64,000 nt of DNA from Candidatus Krumholzibacteriia bacterium. GTDB lineage: Bacteria > Krumholzibacteriota > Krumholzibacteriia > Krumholzibacteriales > Krumholzibacteriaceae. Below are positions 1-9,382 of the stretch, piece after piece (positions within the stretch are counted from its first letter, which is position 1; each line of letters opens with the position of its first letter). A program made the position numbers and the translations under genes. The stretch covers positions 256,001 to 320,000 of the forward strand of contig CAWIIQ010000001.1 in the NCBI GenBank assembly GCA_963836185.1. The letters are read 5' to 3'. A model generated the notes under the pieces. That model saw nothing but the letters and a program-made list of their open reading frames with translations. It searched no databases and was not told where the DNA came from.

Positions 1-1
1 C

Positions 2-298
2 TGCTGGAAAGTGGTCCTGACCCCGGCAGCCGGTGAGGTCTACACGATGTTCTTCGAGAAGGAATCGGGCCTTCTCACCAGGGTCGACACGACAGCCGAA
101 ACTGAGATGGGGCGGATCCCTGTCGAGGCGCACCTGAGCGACTACAGGGAAGTGGACGGGATAAAGCTCGCGTTCAAGACCGTTATCAAGGTCATCGGAC
201 AGGAGAGGATCTTCACGACGACAAGCATCGAGCAGAATATCGATATGCCGGAGGGCATCTTCGATCTGCCCGAAGAGATAAAGGCGCTGCAGGAATAA
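2..298 (+). CDS. 3' part of a LolA-like / DUF620-like periplasmic protein (truncated at window start)
   Basis: Frame is open from the window edge (CWKVVLTP...FFEKESGLL...SDYREVDGIKLAF...IFDLP). The motif pattern resembles the protein at 24150..24950. Confidence 0.6.
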   Translation, partial: CWKVVLTPAAGEVYTMFFEKESGLLTRVDTTAETEMGRIPVEAHLSDYREVDGIKLAFKTVIKVIGQERIFTTTSIEQNIDMPEGIFDLPEEIKALQE

Positions 299-337
299 TT
301 CCTCCGGCAGGAGGGATCCTCAGGGCGCGGCTGCCGG

Positions 338-362
338 AAAAGGGCGGCTGCGCCCTTTTTTT
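338..362. terminator. Bidirectional intrinsic terminator
   Basis: AAAAGGGCG-GCTG-CGCCCTTTTTTT hairpin between convergent genes. Confidence 0.8.
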
Positions 363-363
363 A

Positions 364-1203
364 TCAGAGATAGAAATCGAGGCCGAGGAGCCAGCGGTCG
401 CCTGACGGCTTGATGTCCTGGTTGTCCCAGCGCGGCCCGGTAAAGAGGCATACCGTCCCGCTGGTTCCGTACCACGAGAGATAGAGGAAGAGGTCGTTCT
501 TCCACTTCCACTCTCCGCTGTGGTCAAGGAAGTAGAGGAGGTTCGGCCTGAGCTCGAAGGCGAGCGCCTTCCTGTGGGCGAAAGCGACCTTGAGGCCCCC
601 GCCGATGGCCAGGGAGAAGTCGTGCTGGTGCTGGACGTAGTCGTGCAGGTCGGAACGGGGGAAGTACCAGAATGTACCCATCCATGCCGCGTCGAGGATC
701 AATCCCGAATCTTCCCTGACGGACCATGCTTCCCTGCGGTAGCGAGGGTACCAGTCGCGAGAGTAGAAACCGACCCTGGCGACGTTCCATATCTCGCTCG
801 AGTCGTCCTCACGGTCTACATCGTGGAAGCAGTCGTGAAGGTATTCGAGATCTGCCATCCATCGGCCCCATTCGAAACGCGCCCCGAGTATGATCGAGTA
901 GTGGGAGTCGTACGGGTCGAACACTACGCCGCCGTTCTCCTGGTATCCCATGCCGACGTAGAGCCCCGCGCCGGCGTATATGCTCCAGTCGAGTCTCTCT
1001 CCGTCCGCGGTAAACGCGTCGACGGTGGCGACGATCCCGCCGTCGAGGTAGAACTGCTGATCGTGGGGGAAAAACTGGAGCATCCAGCCGTGCGCGTTCC
1101 ACCTGATCGGGAACGAATATTCCGCCGCAGTGAGGGATGAAGCGAATATCAGCAGCGCGGCGAGGCCGAGCAAGCATCCGCGGAATCTCCTGCAAATCTC
1201 CAT
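364..1203 (-). CDS. Exported protein, probable outer-membrane beta-barrel
   Basis: Start reassigned to ATG 1203 (GAGG SD, signal peptide MEICRRFRGCLLGLAALLIFASSLTA). Aromatic-rich amphipathic strands, C-terminus LGLDFYL. 8 nt downstream of the Fic gene. Confidence 0.6.
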   Translation of the reverse strand: MEICRRFRGCLLGLAALLIFASSLTAAEYSFPIRWNAHGWMLQFFPHDQQFYLDGGIVATVDAFTADGERLDWSIYAGAGLYVGMGYQENGGVVFDPYDSHYSIILGARFEWGRWMADLEYLHDCFHDVDREDDSSEIWNVARVGFYSRDWYPRYRREAWSVREDSGLILDAAWMGTFWYFPRSDLHDYVQHQHDFSLAIGGGLKVAFAHRKALAFELRPNLLYFLDHSGEWKWKNDLFLYLSWYGTSGTVCLFTGPRWDNQDIKPSGDRWLLGLDFYL

Positions 1204-1211
1204 TATATTCC

Positions 1212-1799
1212 TCACGATCTGACGAATTCGATCAGGGGGCCGTAGTCGTTCGATCTGTCGACAGCTCTTATCGCCTCGATGTAATGGCTGCGTATCGTTT
1301 CGTCCCTCGAGACGTTGCCGCCTCCCCATGAGAAGATCTCCGCTCCGAGTTTCTTCTGCATCAGCAGGTCGGTCATCAGGCGCCCGTGCCTGCCGTTTCC
1401 GTTGGGGAAGGGATGGATCAGTTCTATACGATAATGAAATCTCGCCCCGATCTCGTCGTCCGGCATCGTCTTTTCATCGATCCAGTAACGGGTATCGCCG
1501 AGCAGCTTCGCGATCTCCTCCGGTATCGTTTCCCACGCGACGCCGATATTCTTGTCGCTGTGCCGATAGGTGCCGGCCCATTTCCAGACCCTGTCGAACA
1601 TCCTTCGGTGCAGCTTCCTTACAAAATCCTCTGAGAGGATCTCCCCTATCCACCCGGTCTCTGTCCATTCGACAGCCGCGAGGATATTCTCCTGTTCCCA
1701 GCGGTCCAGTTCGGGACGCGTCGTTATTGACTGGATCTTCAGCCCTGCCATCTCGTCCGGATCGAGGGGGGTCGCGCCATCGGGGAAAATGAGTCTCAT
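1212..1799 (-). CDS. Mobile mystery protein B (Fic domain)
   Basis: N-terminal PDGATPLDPDE...ELDRWEQENI signature and Fic motif HPFPNGNGRHGR; overlaps the upstream XRE gene by 4 nt. Confidence 0.9.
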   Translation of the reverse strand: MRLIFPDGATPLDPDEMAGLKIQSITTRPELDRWEQENILAAVEWTETGWIGEILSEDFVRKLHRRMFDRVWKWAGTYRHSDKNIGVAWETIPEEIAKLLGDTRYWIDEKTMPDDEIGARFHYRIELIHPFPNGNGRHGRLMTDLLMQKKLGAEIFSWGGGNVSRDETIRSHYIEAIRAVDRSNDYGPLIEFVRS

Positions 1800-2290
1800 C
1801 TATCCCTCTTCTGCCGGATCGTCATGTTCCAGAGGGTCCTCGGCGTCTGGTCGACCAGATTCTCGACTTCTCTGCGCCAGACCTTCCCCGCTTCCTCCTC
1901 GGGCAGCTCCTGGCCCTCGAGCATCATCGTCCGGTTGATCCTGTCGATCCTTTCACGTGCGACGATCTCCGCCTGGTGCCTGACGATATCGTCGAATGAT
2001 TTGTTCGGCAGAAATCCGTAGAAGAATGTGCAGTCCATTGCCTCGGCTACCCGCAGCATCATCTGGATAGTCACGGAGCCATCCTGCTCCCTCTTTTCGA
2101 TAGCGCTGATACTGCTTCTTGTGATCCCCATCCTCTCGGCCAGCTGCCTGCCGCTCATCCCGAGGGCAAACCTGATCGCCCTGATCCATCCGTGCACCGG
2201 CTTTTTCATCAGTGCCGCCCTGGCCTTCGGAAACCTCGATACATGCCAGGAATCGAGCTGTTCCCTGGCAATTTTCTGTTCATAACCCAT
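1796..2290 (-). CDS. Mobile mystery protein A (XRE-family HTH)
   Basis: GWIRAIRFALGMSGRQLAERMGI...E...GSVTI...AEAMDC.F.YG, TMMLEGQ, PRTLW; paired with a Fic gene. ATG 2290 follows a GGAG SD. Confidence 0.9.
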   Translation of the reverse strand: MGYEQKIAREQLDSWHVSRFPKARAALMKKPVHGWIRAIRFALGMSGRQLAERMGITRSSISAIEKREQDGSVTIQMMLRVAEAMDCTFFYGFLPNKSFDDIVRHQAEIVARERIDRINRTMMLEGQELPEEEAGKVWRREVENLVDQTPRTLWNMTIRQKRDR

Positions 2291-2371
2291 GGTCAACTCC
2301 TGAATTGCGTAACCTGTTATAAATAATACTTATTATTGTAGAACTGTCAATATATATATGGCCAATATCCA

Positions 2372-2432
2372 ATCAAATGACTATGTATAGTAATACATTA
2401 TCAAGAACTATGTCATAGTATACTATGACATA
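2372..2432. promoter_or_regulatory. Operator-like palindromes upstream of the mobile mystery A/B pair
   Basis: Perfect 24-bp palindrome TATGTCATAGTATACTATGACATA (2409-2432) and a related imperfect ATGACTATGTATAGTAAT (2377-2394) in an AT-rich tract. Confidence 0.55.
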
Positions 2433-2477
2433 TAATCAAGATAAAGACTTTTCTAAGGAATAAGATGACGGCCGCGG

Positions 2478-4832
2478 CTACCTGAGGAGTACGGCCTTCC
2501 TGCTGACCATCCTGCCCTCGGCCCGCAGCAGGTAGAAGTAGACCCCGCTCGCGAGGCCCGATGCGTTCCATGCGATCTTGTGCGTGCCGGCTTCCATTCT
2601 GCCCGATGCCAGCACGGCGACCTCGCGGCCGGCGATATCGTAGGCTCGCAGATCTACATGGCCCTCGCTGCCGAGTGTGAAGCGGATCGTCGTCGAAGGA
2701 TTGAATGGATTGGGGGAGTTCTGGAAGAGGGCGAGGCCGGGAGCGCGGTCCCCGCTGCCGGAATAATCGGTCACCGCGATCCTTGACCTGTAGACCGACT
2801 TGTCGTGTCCGGTGATCGTGAGGTCAAGCGAATCGATCATCCCCGGAATAGTGTCGGCGAGGCGTATCGTCATAAACCCGTCGGTCAGTGCGGTCCCCGT
2901 GCCGAAGCACGTGCCGTCCCCGTAAAGGGAACCGATGGAGCCGGGTGTGTCGGTCTCGACCGTAAAACCGAGGGCGCCGCGGTCAATCCCAGGTTCATGG
3001 TCCGCCGCGATCAGGGATGGCTGACCGGTCCATACGTCCATCGCGGGATCGCCGAGAACGTTCAGCGCATAGAAGCACCAGCGGTGGGCTCCCGGTTCGT
3101 ATTCGTCGGGAAGGTCGATGAAAGGAACGGTCTCGTCTTTCGAGCGCGCGTGAGCGTCGCCGATGGTCGTGATCCCCTCGGTGAATATCGCGTCGAAGAA
3201 CTCCCGCTGAAAATGATGCGACGGGCCATTGGTCGTTCCCTCGGTGAACCATCCGTAGCGAGAGTTGCCGACATAAGCCGAGGCGCATGTCGAGATGGAT
3301 ACCATCTCCTCGGCTATGCAGTCGTTGAAGTCGAATCCGCCCGCATTGCACCCGTACGAGTTCACCACGGGGAAGTTCGCCGAGATGCCGTCATTGGTCA
3401 GGTTCGCTGTCGTGACATTGCTGACATTCATCAGCATCACGTAGCCGTAACTCGAGTGCCCCGCGTGGCAGACGAGACTGGGGCCGTCGCTGATACCGGC
3501 ATAGACGTCGTCGACCGTGTACGAGATGTCCCGCTCGTAGAGCTTGACGATATCGAACGCCGGCGGTATCCCGGTCGTCTCGAATCCGTGGATGTCCCAG
3601 GTTCCGATCAGCTGGTCGATCTCGTTTCCTCCATATGTAAGCGGAACGCTGTAGAGGTGCTCGCCAAGCATCAGGGCGTCGTCGCACCGGGTCACTACGG
3701 GGGATTCCTGGTACATCACGATCTTGTTAATTATCGCCGCCGCTTCACCGGCGCCATCGAAGGAGATCCTGCCGACAGCGACCTCGGAATAGAAATCCTC
3801 TTCGCCCGGTTCGCCCCACAGGGTATCGCCGTCCGCGTTCCAGTCGCCGTCGAGCGCCGCGTAGTACAGGTCGGCCGGGATGCCTTCGTCCTCGTAGAGG
3901 GTGGATGAATGAACGGCGCAGTAGAGCCCGCGATGAGGGAGGTCGTACGGCCCGTTGTCGCTGTCGCCGGCCAGCAGTACGTGTGTGACTCCCTCTTCTA
4001 TATAGGCGTCGAGGATCGCCATGCGTATCTCGTCGGGCAGATCGAGCCCTGCGTAGGCGAGGTCGATGCTCTCGACGGTCATGATCTCCGTGCGCATGCC
4101 CCGCCTGTTGTAGAAGTCCCTGAGCGGAGCCATGTCGGTCACGTAATGTTCGCGGGTTATGATGAGGTATTCATACCCTTCACCTGCCGCGGGGAACTCT
4201 TCGGCGGCGGGCAGGGCGCCTGGATTATCGATAAGGGATGCGAGCCTCCCGATAGTCGCCGCATCGCGGCGCAGCATCCTGGACGCGTCCGCCGGTCCGG
4301 CCTGGACCCTGGTCTCGACAGTGATCTCGATCTCGGACCAGTATCCCGCCTCTCCGGTAGCCGGGTTGTGCCCGACCGGAGAGAAGGCCCCGGTAGCGAT
4401 CGCGTGCCCCCGCAGATATCTCGTCCTCAGACGCGGGGAAGGGGGGTGGATCCAGCTGTCCCGGGCGTATACGTCCGCCTTGTAGAGGAAGCGTTTTTCC
4501 GGGCGTTCGCTTCCCGGCACGGGATCCTGCCTCGGGTGCAGTCGCACTGCCTGCGGTATGACCTTCCAGCCTCGTCTCTCGATCCGGAGCGAAACAGCTT
4601 CTTCACCGGGCGGCAGGAGCACAGCGGCTCCCCTGAACGGGAAGCTCGGCTCGCCCGCTTTTCCTGCCTGCACGGTGGATGGAAATACGATCCGGGAAAA
4701 TCCGCCATCGAGACTTTCGACCGAGGGGGCGTCGAAAATATACTTGACTGATATATCGGCAGAAGACGATCCGGTGGGGAAAGCGATAAGAACGGCTGCC
4801 AGGAGCAGAAGGATGCAAAATCGGTCATACAT
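2478..4832 (-). CDS. C25 family (gingipain-like) cysteine peptidase with propeptide and FlgD-Ig/T9SS-like CTD
   Basis: YEYLIIT, HVLLAGD, DLYYAALDGDW, VAVGRI, catalytic HAGH and YGCNAGGFD, NVLGDP; C-terminal QNSPNPFNP...RKAVLLR; signal peptide. Confidence 0.88.
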   Translation of the reverse strand: MYDRFCILLLLAAVLIAFPTGSSSADISVKYIFDAPSVESLDGGFSRIVFPSTVQAGKAGEPSFPFRGAAVLLPPGEEAVSLRIERRGWKVIPQAVRLHPRQDPVPGSERPEKRFLYKADVYARDSWIHPPSPRLRTRYLRGHAIATGAFSPVGHNPATGEAGYWSEIEITVETRVQAGPADASRMLRRDAATIGRLASLIDNPGALPAAEEFPAAGEGYEYLIITREHYVTDMAPLRDFYNRRGMRTEIMTVESIDLAYAGLDLPDEIRMAILDAYIEEGVTHVLLAGDSDNGPYDLPHRGLYCAVHSSTLYEDEGIPADLYYAALDGDWNADGDTLWGEPGEEDFYSEVAVGRISFDGAGEAAAIINKIVMYQESPVVTRCDDALMLGEHLYSVPLTYGGNEIDQLIGTWDIHGFETTGIPPAFDIVKLYERDISYTVDDVYAGISDGPSLVCHAGHSSYGYVMLMNVSNVTTANLTNDGISANFPVVNSYGCNAGGFDFNDCIAEEMVSISTCASAYVGNSRYGWFTEGTTNGPSHHFQREFFDAIFTEGITTIGDAHARSKDETVPFIDLPDEYEPGAHRWCFYALNVLGDPAMDVWTGQPSLIAADHEPGIDRGALGFTVETDTPGSIGSLYGDGTCFGTGTALTDGFMTIRLADTIPGMIDSLDLTITGHDKSVYRSRIAVTDYSGSGDRAPGLALFQNSPNPFNPSTTIRFTLGSEGHVDLRAYDIAGREVAVLASGRMEAGTHKIAWNASGLASGVYFYLLRAEGRMVSRKAVLLR

Positions 4833-5005
4833 GCAACTCATTATAACATAGTGTGGTACCGGGCGAAAGAACAGAAAAGCACTTTACAGACAGCAATATC
4901 TCTCTATATATTTATACAGCGGATGAGCAAAACTCCACCGGCATCCACAATCTGACATCCATGGGGCTGCACCTCTGCTGAAACTCGAATTGGGGGGGAA
5001 TCGCG

Positions 5006-6418
5006 ATGTATCGATCCATTCTTGTCATCTTTCTGGTATTACTTATCTCTTCCGGCGCGTATGCGCACGAGGGGATGATAGCGCTTGTCGCCGACCCGGC
5101 GATGCTCGACTGCGACGACGGCATCGAGACAGGCACCCTGGTAAACCTCTATCTCTATTATATGCGAGGTGACGGGCCTTACAACATAGGCACTGCCCAG
5201 TTCAAGCTCCTGTGCTCATCGAGCGAGGTACTTGTCCTTGATCCCGACTGGACTCCCGGCATGTTGGGTTTTGGGGATGTGACCGAAGGCATCGCCGTGT
5301 TCGATACAGATAACAGGGTAGAGGAGTACTGCGGGGCCGATCAGGTCTTCTACGGGACCGTTCCGATATTCAATCTCTCGGACGACGATACATTTACAGT
5401 CAGCGTTACCAGCCCGTGCTTCGATGGTATTACTCCGCTCGACATCGCTATAGCGGCATGCGATGAATCCCGTACGGAAATCGCGGTGGGGGGAAACAGC
5501 TACACCTTCAACGGAAAGTGCAAAAAGAAGGATGACTCGCCGATAGTCCTGGGCGCCGACGCGGCAGATCAGCGGGTCGTCACCGTCCTGTTCGATGAGG
5601 AGATCGACTATGTTTCAGCCGGCGAGGTATCACGTTATCTGCTGATCAGGTCGGGCGAGCCGGAAGCGGCTATCGAGCTGAGTGGAGCGGACCTGATGGA
5701 TGACAATCGCACGGTACAGCTGCAGCTCGGAGAGGACCTTGTCGAGCTGGGGGATTACTCGATCTTCATCGACGGTGTGGCCGATCTCGACGGGAACCCG
5801 GTGATACCCGGAGAGCCGTACAGCTACGCCCTGTTCACCGCTCCGCAGGTAGCGACGCTGCTGCAGTGTTTCTCCTCATCGGTGGAGGGCCGCGCGATCA
5901 GCGTCAGATGGGAGCTTTCCGAATATGAAACGGACGACCGGTTCATCGTGACCCGCAGCGTCGCGGCGACCGGCACTTCGCGTGAGCTGCGCGATATCGA
6001 GATCGCCCGCGAGGAGCTTTCGTTCCGGTTTGTCGACGTGGATGTCATGGCGGGCGAGGAATATATCTACCGCGTGGATGTCGTCTCAGCTGGTGAAAGG
6101 AAGACCCTGTTCGCTACGGGGGCCGTAGTCGTACCGCTCTCGCCGGCCGCCCTCTATCAGAACACGCCCAATCCGTTCAACCCGAACACGACTATCAGGT
6201 TCTACCTGCCGGAAGCGGGGGACGTGAAGGTCCAGGTGTTTGATGTGGCGGGCCGGTCGATCAAGACGCTGGTAGACGGTGCGCGCGCGGGAGGGGAGCA
6301 TTCGGTCGACTGGAACGGGTCGACTGACATCGGCACGCAGGCCGCGACAGGCATCTATTTCTACGTGCTCGAATATGAAAAGAATTCGATAACGAGGAAG
6401 ATGGTTCTTCTGAGATAG
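5006..6418 (+). CDS. Secreted protein with a Cys-rich N-domain, SbsA-like Ig domain, TLLQ-type Ig/FN3-like domain and FlgD-Ig CTD
   Basis: Signal peptide; VTVLFDEEID...V.L...GVADLDGN Ig repeat; QNTPNPFNP...RKMVLLR. Confidence 0.75.
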   Translation: MYRSILVIFLVLLISSGAYAHEGMIALVADPAMLDCDDGIETGTLVNLYLYYMRGDGPYNIGTAQFKLLCSSSEVLVLDPDWTPGMLGFGDVTEGIAVFDTDNRVEEYCGADQVFYGTVPIFNLSDDDTFTVSVTSPCFDGITPLDIAIAACDESRTEIAVGGNSYTFNGKCKKKDDSPIVLGADAADQRVVTVLFDEEIDYVSAGEVSRYLLIRSGEPEAAIELSGADLMDDNRTVQLQLGEDLVELGDYSIFIDGVADLDGNPVIPGEPYSYALFTAPQVATLLQCFSSSVEGRAISVRWELSEYETDDRFIVTRSVAATGTSRELRDIEIAREELSFRFVDVDVMAGEEYIYRVDVVSAGERKTLFATGAVVVPLSPAALYQNTPNPFNPNTTIRFYLPEAGDVKVQVFDVAGRSIKTLVDGARAGGEHSVDWNGSTDIGTQAATGIYFYVLEYEKNSITRKMVLLR

Positions 6419-6460
6419 GAAAATATCAGAGAAGGATGACGGTCGCTGCGACTGTCAATA

Positions 6461-6506
6461 GGAGGGAACGGGCACTGGCTCTCGCCGGGTGTCCGTTTCC
6501 TTTTTC
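6461..6506 (+). terminator. Intrinsic terminator after the 5006..6418 gene
   Basis: GGAACGGGCAC...GTGTCCGTTTCC stem followed by TTTTT. Confidence 0.7.
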
Positions 6507-6513
6507 AGGGCGG

Positions 6514-6606
6514 AATAAAGCGGGGAGGCGAGTCCTGCGCACGCCTCCCCTATCCTTTGAGGTTACCCGGAAGGTCCCAACCTTCACCTCTCAGGATTTC
6601 CGTTAC
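6514..6606 (-). ncRNA. Candidate orphan small RNA (~90 nt)
   Basis: Lies just downstream of a near-consensus sigma70 promoter; two hairpins, ending in a GGGGAGGCG/CGCCTCCCC stem plus GCTTTATT; no credible ORF. Confidence 0.5.
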
Positions 6607-6612
6607 TACCTG

Positions 6613-6641
6613 ATTATATTACCCGCATATCCGGCGCTCAA
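6613..6641 (-). promoter_or_regulatory. Sigma70-type promoter pointing into a convergent intergenic region
   Basis: TTGAGC-17 nt-TATAAT on the minus strand. Confidence 0.65.
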
Positions 6642-6735
6642 TATATTTAATAGCTGAACCCCGATATAAGCGATATTACCCATATCCCAGCGAACATCGT
6701 ATCTGCTTGAGCAGCAAGGTCATTGCCGCCTGCCG

Positions 6736-9219
6736 CTAGCGCAGCAGGACCATTTTCCGCGTCTGTTTATCGCCGTCCTGGCTGAGGACGCAGAAGTATA
6801 TTCCCGATACGGCGTTATGGCCCGAGTCATCCCTGCCGTCCCACGTGACACTGTGCGGGCCCTCGCTCATCCACTTCTCTCGGAGTGTCTTGACCAGAGC
6901 GCCCCTGACGTCGTAGATCCTGATCGAAGCCTGCCCGCTTTTCGGCAGGTAGAAGGGGATCCACGTGCTCGGGTTGAACGGGTTCGGATAGTTCTGGTCG
7001 AGAAGGAGCGCCGGCGCCAGCCTGCCGTCGGCCATATCCTCGACACTGGAGGCGACTCCGATCGCTCCGAGTATACGCAGCTTCCCGTATCCCCAGGTAT
7101 CGTTGTAGACGGTCCCGGTGAACCCGTCTTCAAGAGCATGAGATGCGAGCAGCAGCTCTACCTCGGGCATCGTCGCGGAGGGCCATGCCTGCTGCACGAG
7201 GGCCGCCGCCGCGGCGACATGGGGCCCCGCCGCGCTCGTCCCGCTGAACTGGCGGTAAGAGCCGTTGGGGTACCCGTTGCTCGTCGTGTGTGACAGAGTC
7301 GAGTAGACGTCGTAGTTGCCGGGCGAGGTGATATCGAGAAGATGTTTCCCGTCTATTCTCCTTCCGCGCCCGCTGAACGCGCTGATCTCGCCGACAGGGA
7401 TCGACCCTCCGCCGACCCCGCCGTATCCCTCGAAGCCGCGGGTCGAGTACGATCCGTTGCAGAAGGCGCTGTCGCAGGTCGCCGGCCAGGTGACGTTTTC
7501 TTCGCTCGAGTTGTAGTTCGTGAACTCGGCTCCGCCGGCCCACGAAGAAAGATTGTCGGCTATATTGGATATGATCCTGTAATTATCACCGACCATGTTC
7601 AGGACGCTCACGGTAAGCTCCCACACACCCATGGCGTCCGGATGGGTGTTGTGATCGATGTAGAGGTCCATCTTGTTCGTGCCGCGGACGCTTGTCGAGA
7701 AATCCGTCCAGATATAGTAGTTATCGATGAGCTGCCATCCGCCGGTGAGCTCTTCCTCCGTGCCGTCAGGGGTGCGCAGCCTGAAGGACAGGCCCGTCAG
7801 GTCCCCCAGCCACAGCGTCGATCCGTAGACGTACTGGATTGCGTTGCCTCCATAAGTCGGCACGATCATCTCCAGCGTCCGGCTGCTCGCCGAGGGGATA
7901 TTCACTATCGCGTGCTTTCCGCCGCGGCCGAGATTGCCCGACGGCGTTATCTGTATGATCGTCTCGTTCTCGATCGAGATGATCTCCTCATCGAGGGTCG
8001 ACCCGTCGAGGAACTCCCATATGAATCCGCCGAACTCGTAGAGCATCACGTCCGCGCCGCGGGATCTCGCCCACGGGACGAGGTATGAGATCGGCACTCC
8101 GGAGAAGTAGTAACCGGCGAGCAGCTCTGCGTCGGGAGCGATGCCGCAGAACTTGTGGAGTCCGCGCGTTCCGCCGGCGACGATGCCCATCACGGCCGTG
8201 CCGTGCCCGTTGGTGTCGTCGTCGGAGAGCATCAGGTCGGTGCCGCGCACCCTCTCGGTCGAGTCGGCGTTCATCGTCGCGAATATCTTGGAGGTCCCCA
8301 GCTGGACGAGCTTTTCGCCGACGTCGAGCTCGCCGTCACCGTTGTCATCGAGGGCTACGAATATCGGTTCCCCGAATCCGGGCGTGCTCTCGGTGAATCC
8401 CCACACGGGCCCGAATTCCCTGCTGCCGCTGTAGTTCTGGTCGGCGTATATCCAGTCCCAGTAAGTCTGGTAGACATAGTCGTTGTTCGCCGGCGGCCCT
8501 CCGCCCCAGACATTGGCGTAGTCGAGGATATGCCCGTCCTGCAGCCTCAGTATCTCCCCGAAATCGAAAGAACCGTTGTCGTTGAGATCCACAAAGTCGT
8601 AATTCGGGTCGAAGGTGTTGTTCTCGTTGTCATCGATCCAGTTGAATGTGTCTCCGTCCGCGAAGAAGAAGGATGGATGGAAAACGTCTATGCCGGTGTC
8701 GAAATCGGCGACCCGCATCCCTTTTCCCGTGATGGGGAATCCCAGCGGGTCATCGACCGCCCACGCCGAGTCCGCCTCGATCTCCGGGACGCTGACATCG
8801 AGCGTAGGGTAGACTGCCGGCTTCCAGTTTGATTCGAGCCGGAGGACCTCACGGCGAGAACCGAGGCCGTCTATCTCGTCCCAGGGGATCTTGACAGGGT
8901 ATATCGCTCTCGTCCTCGCGATCTGCCCGTCGATGCGATAGAACTCGATCCCGTTCGATTCGAGATCGGAGATCTCCGCCCCGTTGAGGACGTGATCGAA
9001 TTTCACGGTCGCGACAGCTTTGTCGCCGCCCGCTGCCCCGAGCATCTCCCGCCGGGGATCGTGCGTCCTGATCGGTGAATTGCGCATGGAGCGCTGGAAC
9101 CTCATCTGGGCGTTCATCTTGCCGTCCGCCGAGGCGGGTCCGGAGTCGATCGAAGGGGCGAAAGCTATGCTGGATACAAAAGCGGCGAGTATGAAAAGAA
9201 CAGGGGTATGTCTTCTCAC
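6736..9219 (-). CDS. S8 (subtilisin-like) serine peptidase with FlgD-Ig CTD
   Basis: Catalytic motifs DFDTGID, NGHGTAV, FSGTSAAGPHVA; WGYGKL; QNYPNPFNP...RKMVLLR. GTG start at 9219 after AAGGAG. Confidence 0.9.
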   Translation of the reverse strand: MRRHTPVLFILAAFVSSIAFAPSIDSGPASADGKMNAQMRFQRSMRNSPIRTHDPRREMLGAAGGDKAVATVKFDHVLNGAEISDLESNGIEFYRIDGQIARTRAIYPVKIPWDEIDGLGSRREVLRLESNWKPAVYPTLDVSVPEIEADSAWAVDDPLGFPITGKGMRVADFDTGIDVFHPSFFFADGDTFNWIDDNENNTFDPNYDFVDLNDNGSFDFGEILRLQDGHILDYANVWGGGPPANNDYVYQTYWDWIYADQNYSGSREFGPVWGFTESTPGFGEPIFVALDDNGDGELDVGEKLVQLGTSKIFATMNADSTERVRGTDLMLSDDDTNGHGTAVMGIVAGGTRGLHKFCGIAPDAELLAGYYFSGVPISYLVPWARSRGADVMLYEFGGFIWEFLDGSTLDEEIISIENETIIQITPSGNLGRGGKHAIVNIPSASSRTLEMIVPTYGGNAIQYVYGSTLWLGDLTGLSFRLRTPDGTEEELTGGWQLIDNYYIWTDFSTSVRGTNKMDLYIDHNTHPDAMGVWELTVSVLNMVGDNYRIISNIADNLSSWAGGAEFTNYNSSEENVTWPATCDSAFCNGSYSTRGFEGYGGVGGGSIPVGEISAFSGRGRRIDGKHLLDITSPGNYDVYSTLSHTTSNGYPNGSYRQFSGTSAAGPHVAAAAALVQQAWPSATMPEVELLLASHALEDGFTGTVYNDTWGYGKLRILGAIGVASSVEDMADGRLAPALLLDQNYPNPFNPSTWIPFYLPKSGQASIRIYDVRGALVKTLREKWMSEGPHSVTWDGRDDSGHNAVSGIYFCVLSQDGDKQTRKMVLLR

Positions 9220-9382
9220 GGTGTGCTCCTTCCGGTACAGTGCCCGGTGTGCGCGGGACAGGCGGGGAGTCCGAGTCGACATAAGTAAAATAATACATTT
9301 TTATGGCAGGGAAAAACGAAATTCATATATAGTCTGGTTGCAAAAGGGATTACGGCAACACGGCCGTCCCGGAAGGAGCAGG

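Noticed and set aside
4915-4982. c-di-GMP-I-like riboswitch in the leader of gene 5006
   Set aside because: CAGCGGA/TCTGCTG can pair, but the GNRA-loop first hairpin and the core consensus are missing
6555-6600. Glycine riboswitch (CTCTCAGG)
   Set aside because: Other conserved elements are absent and there is no downstream gene on that strand
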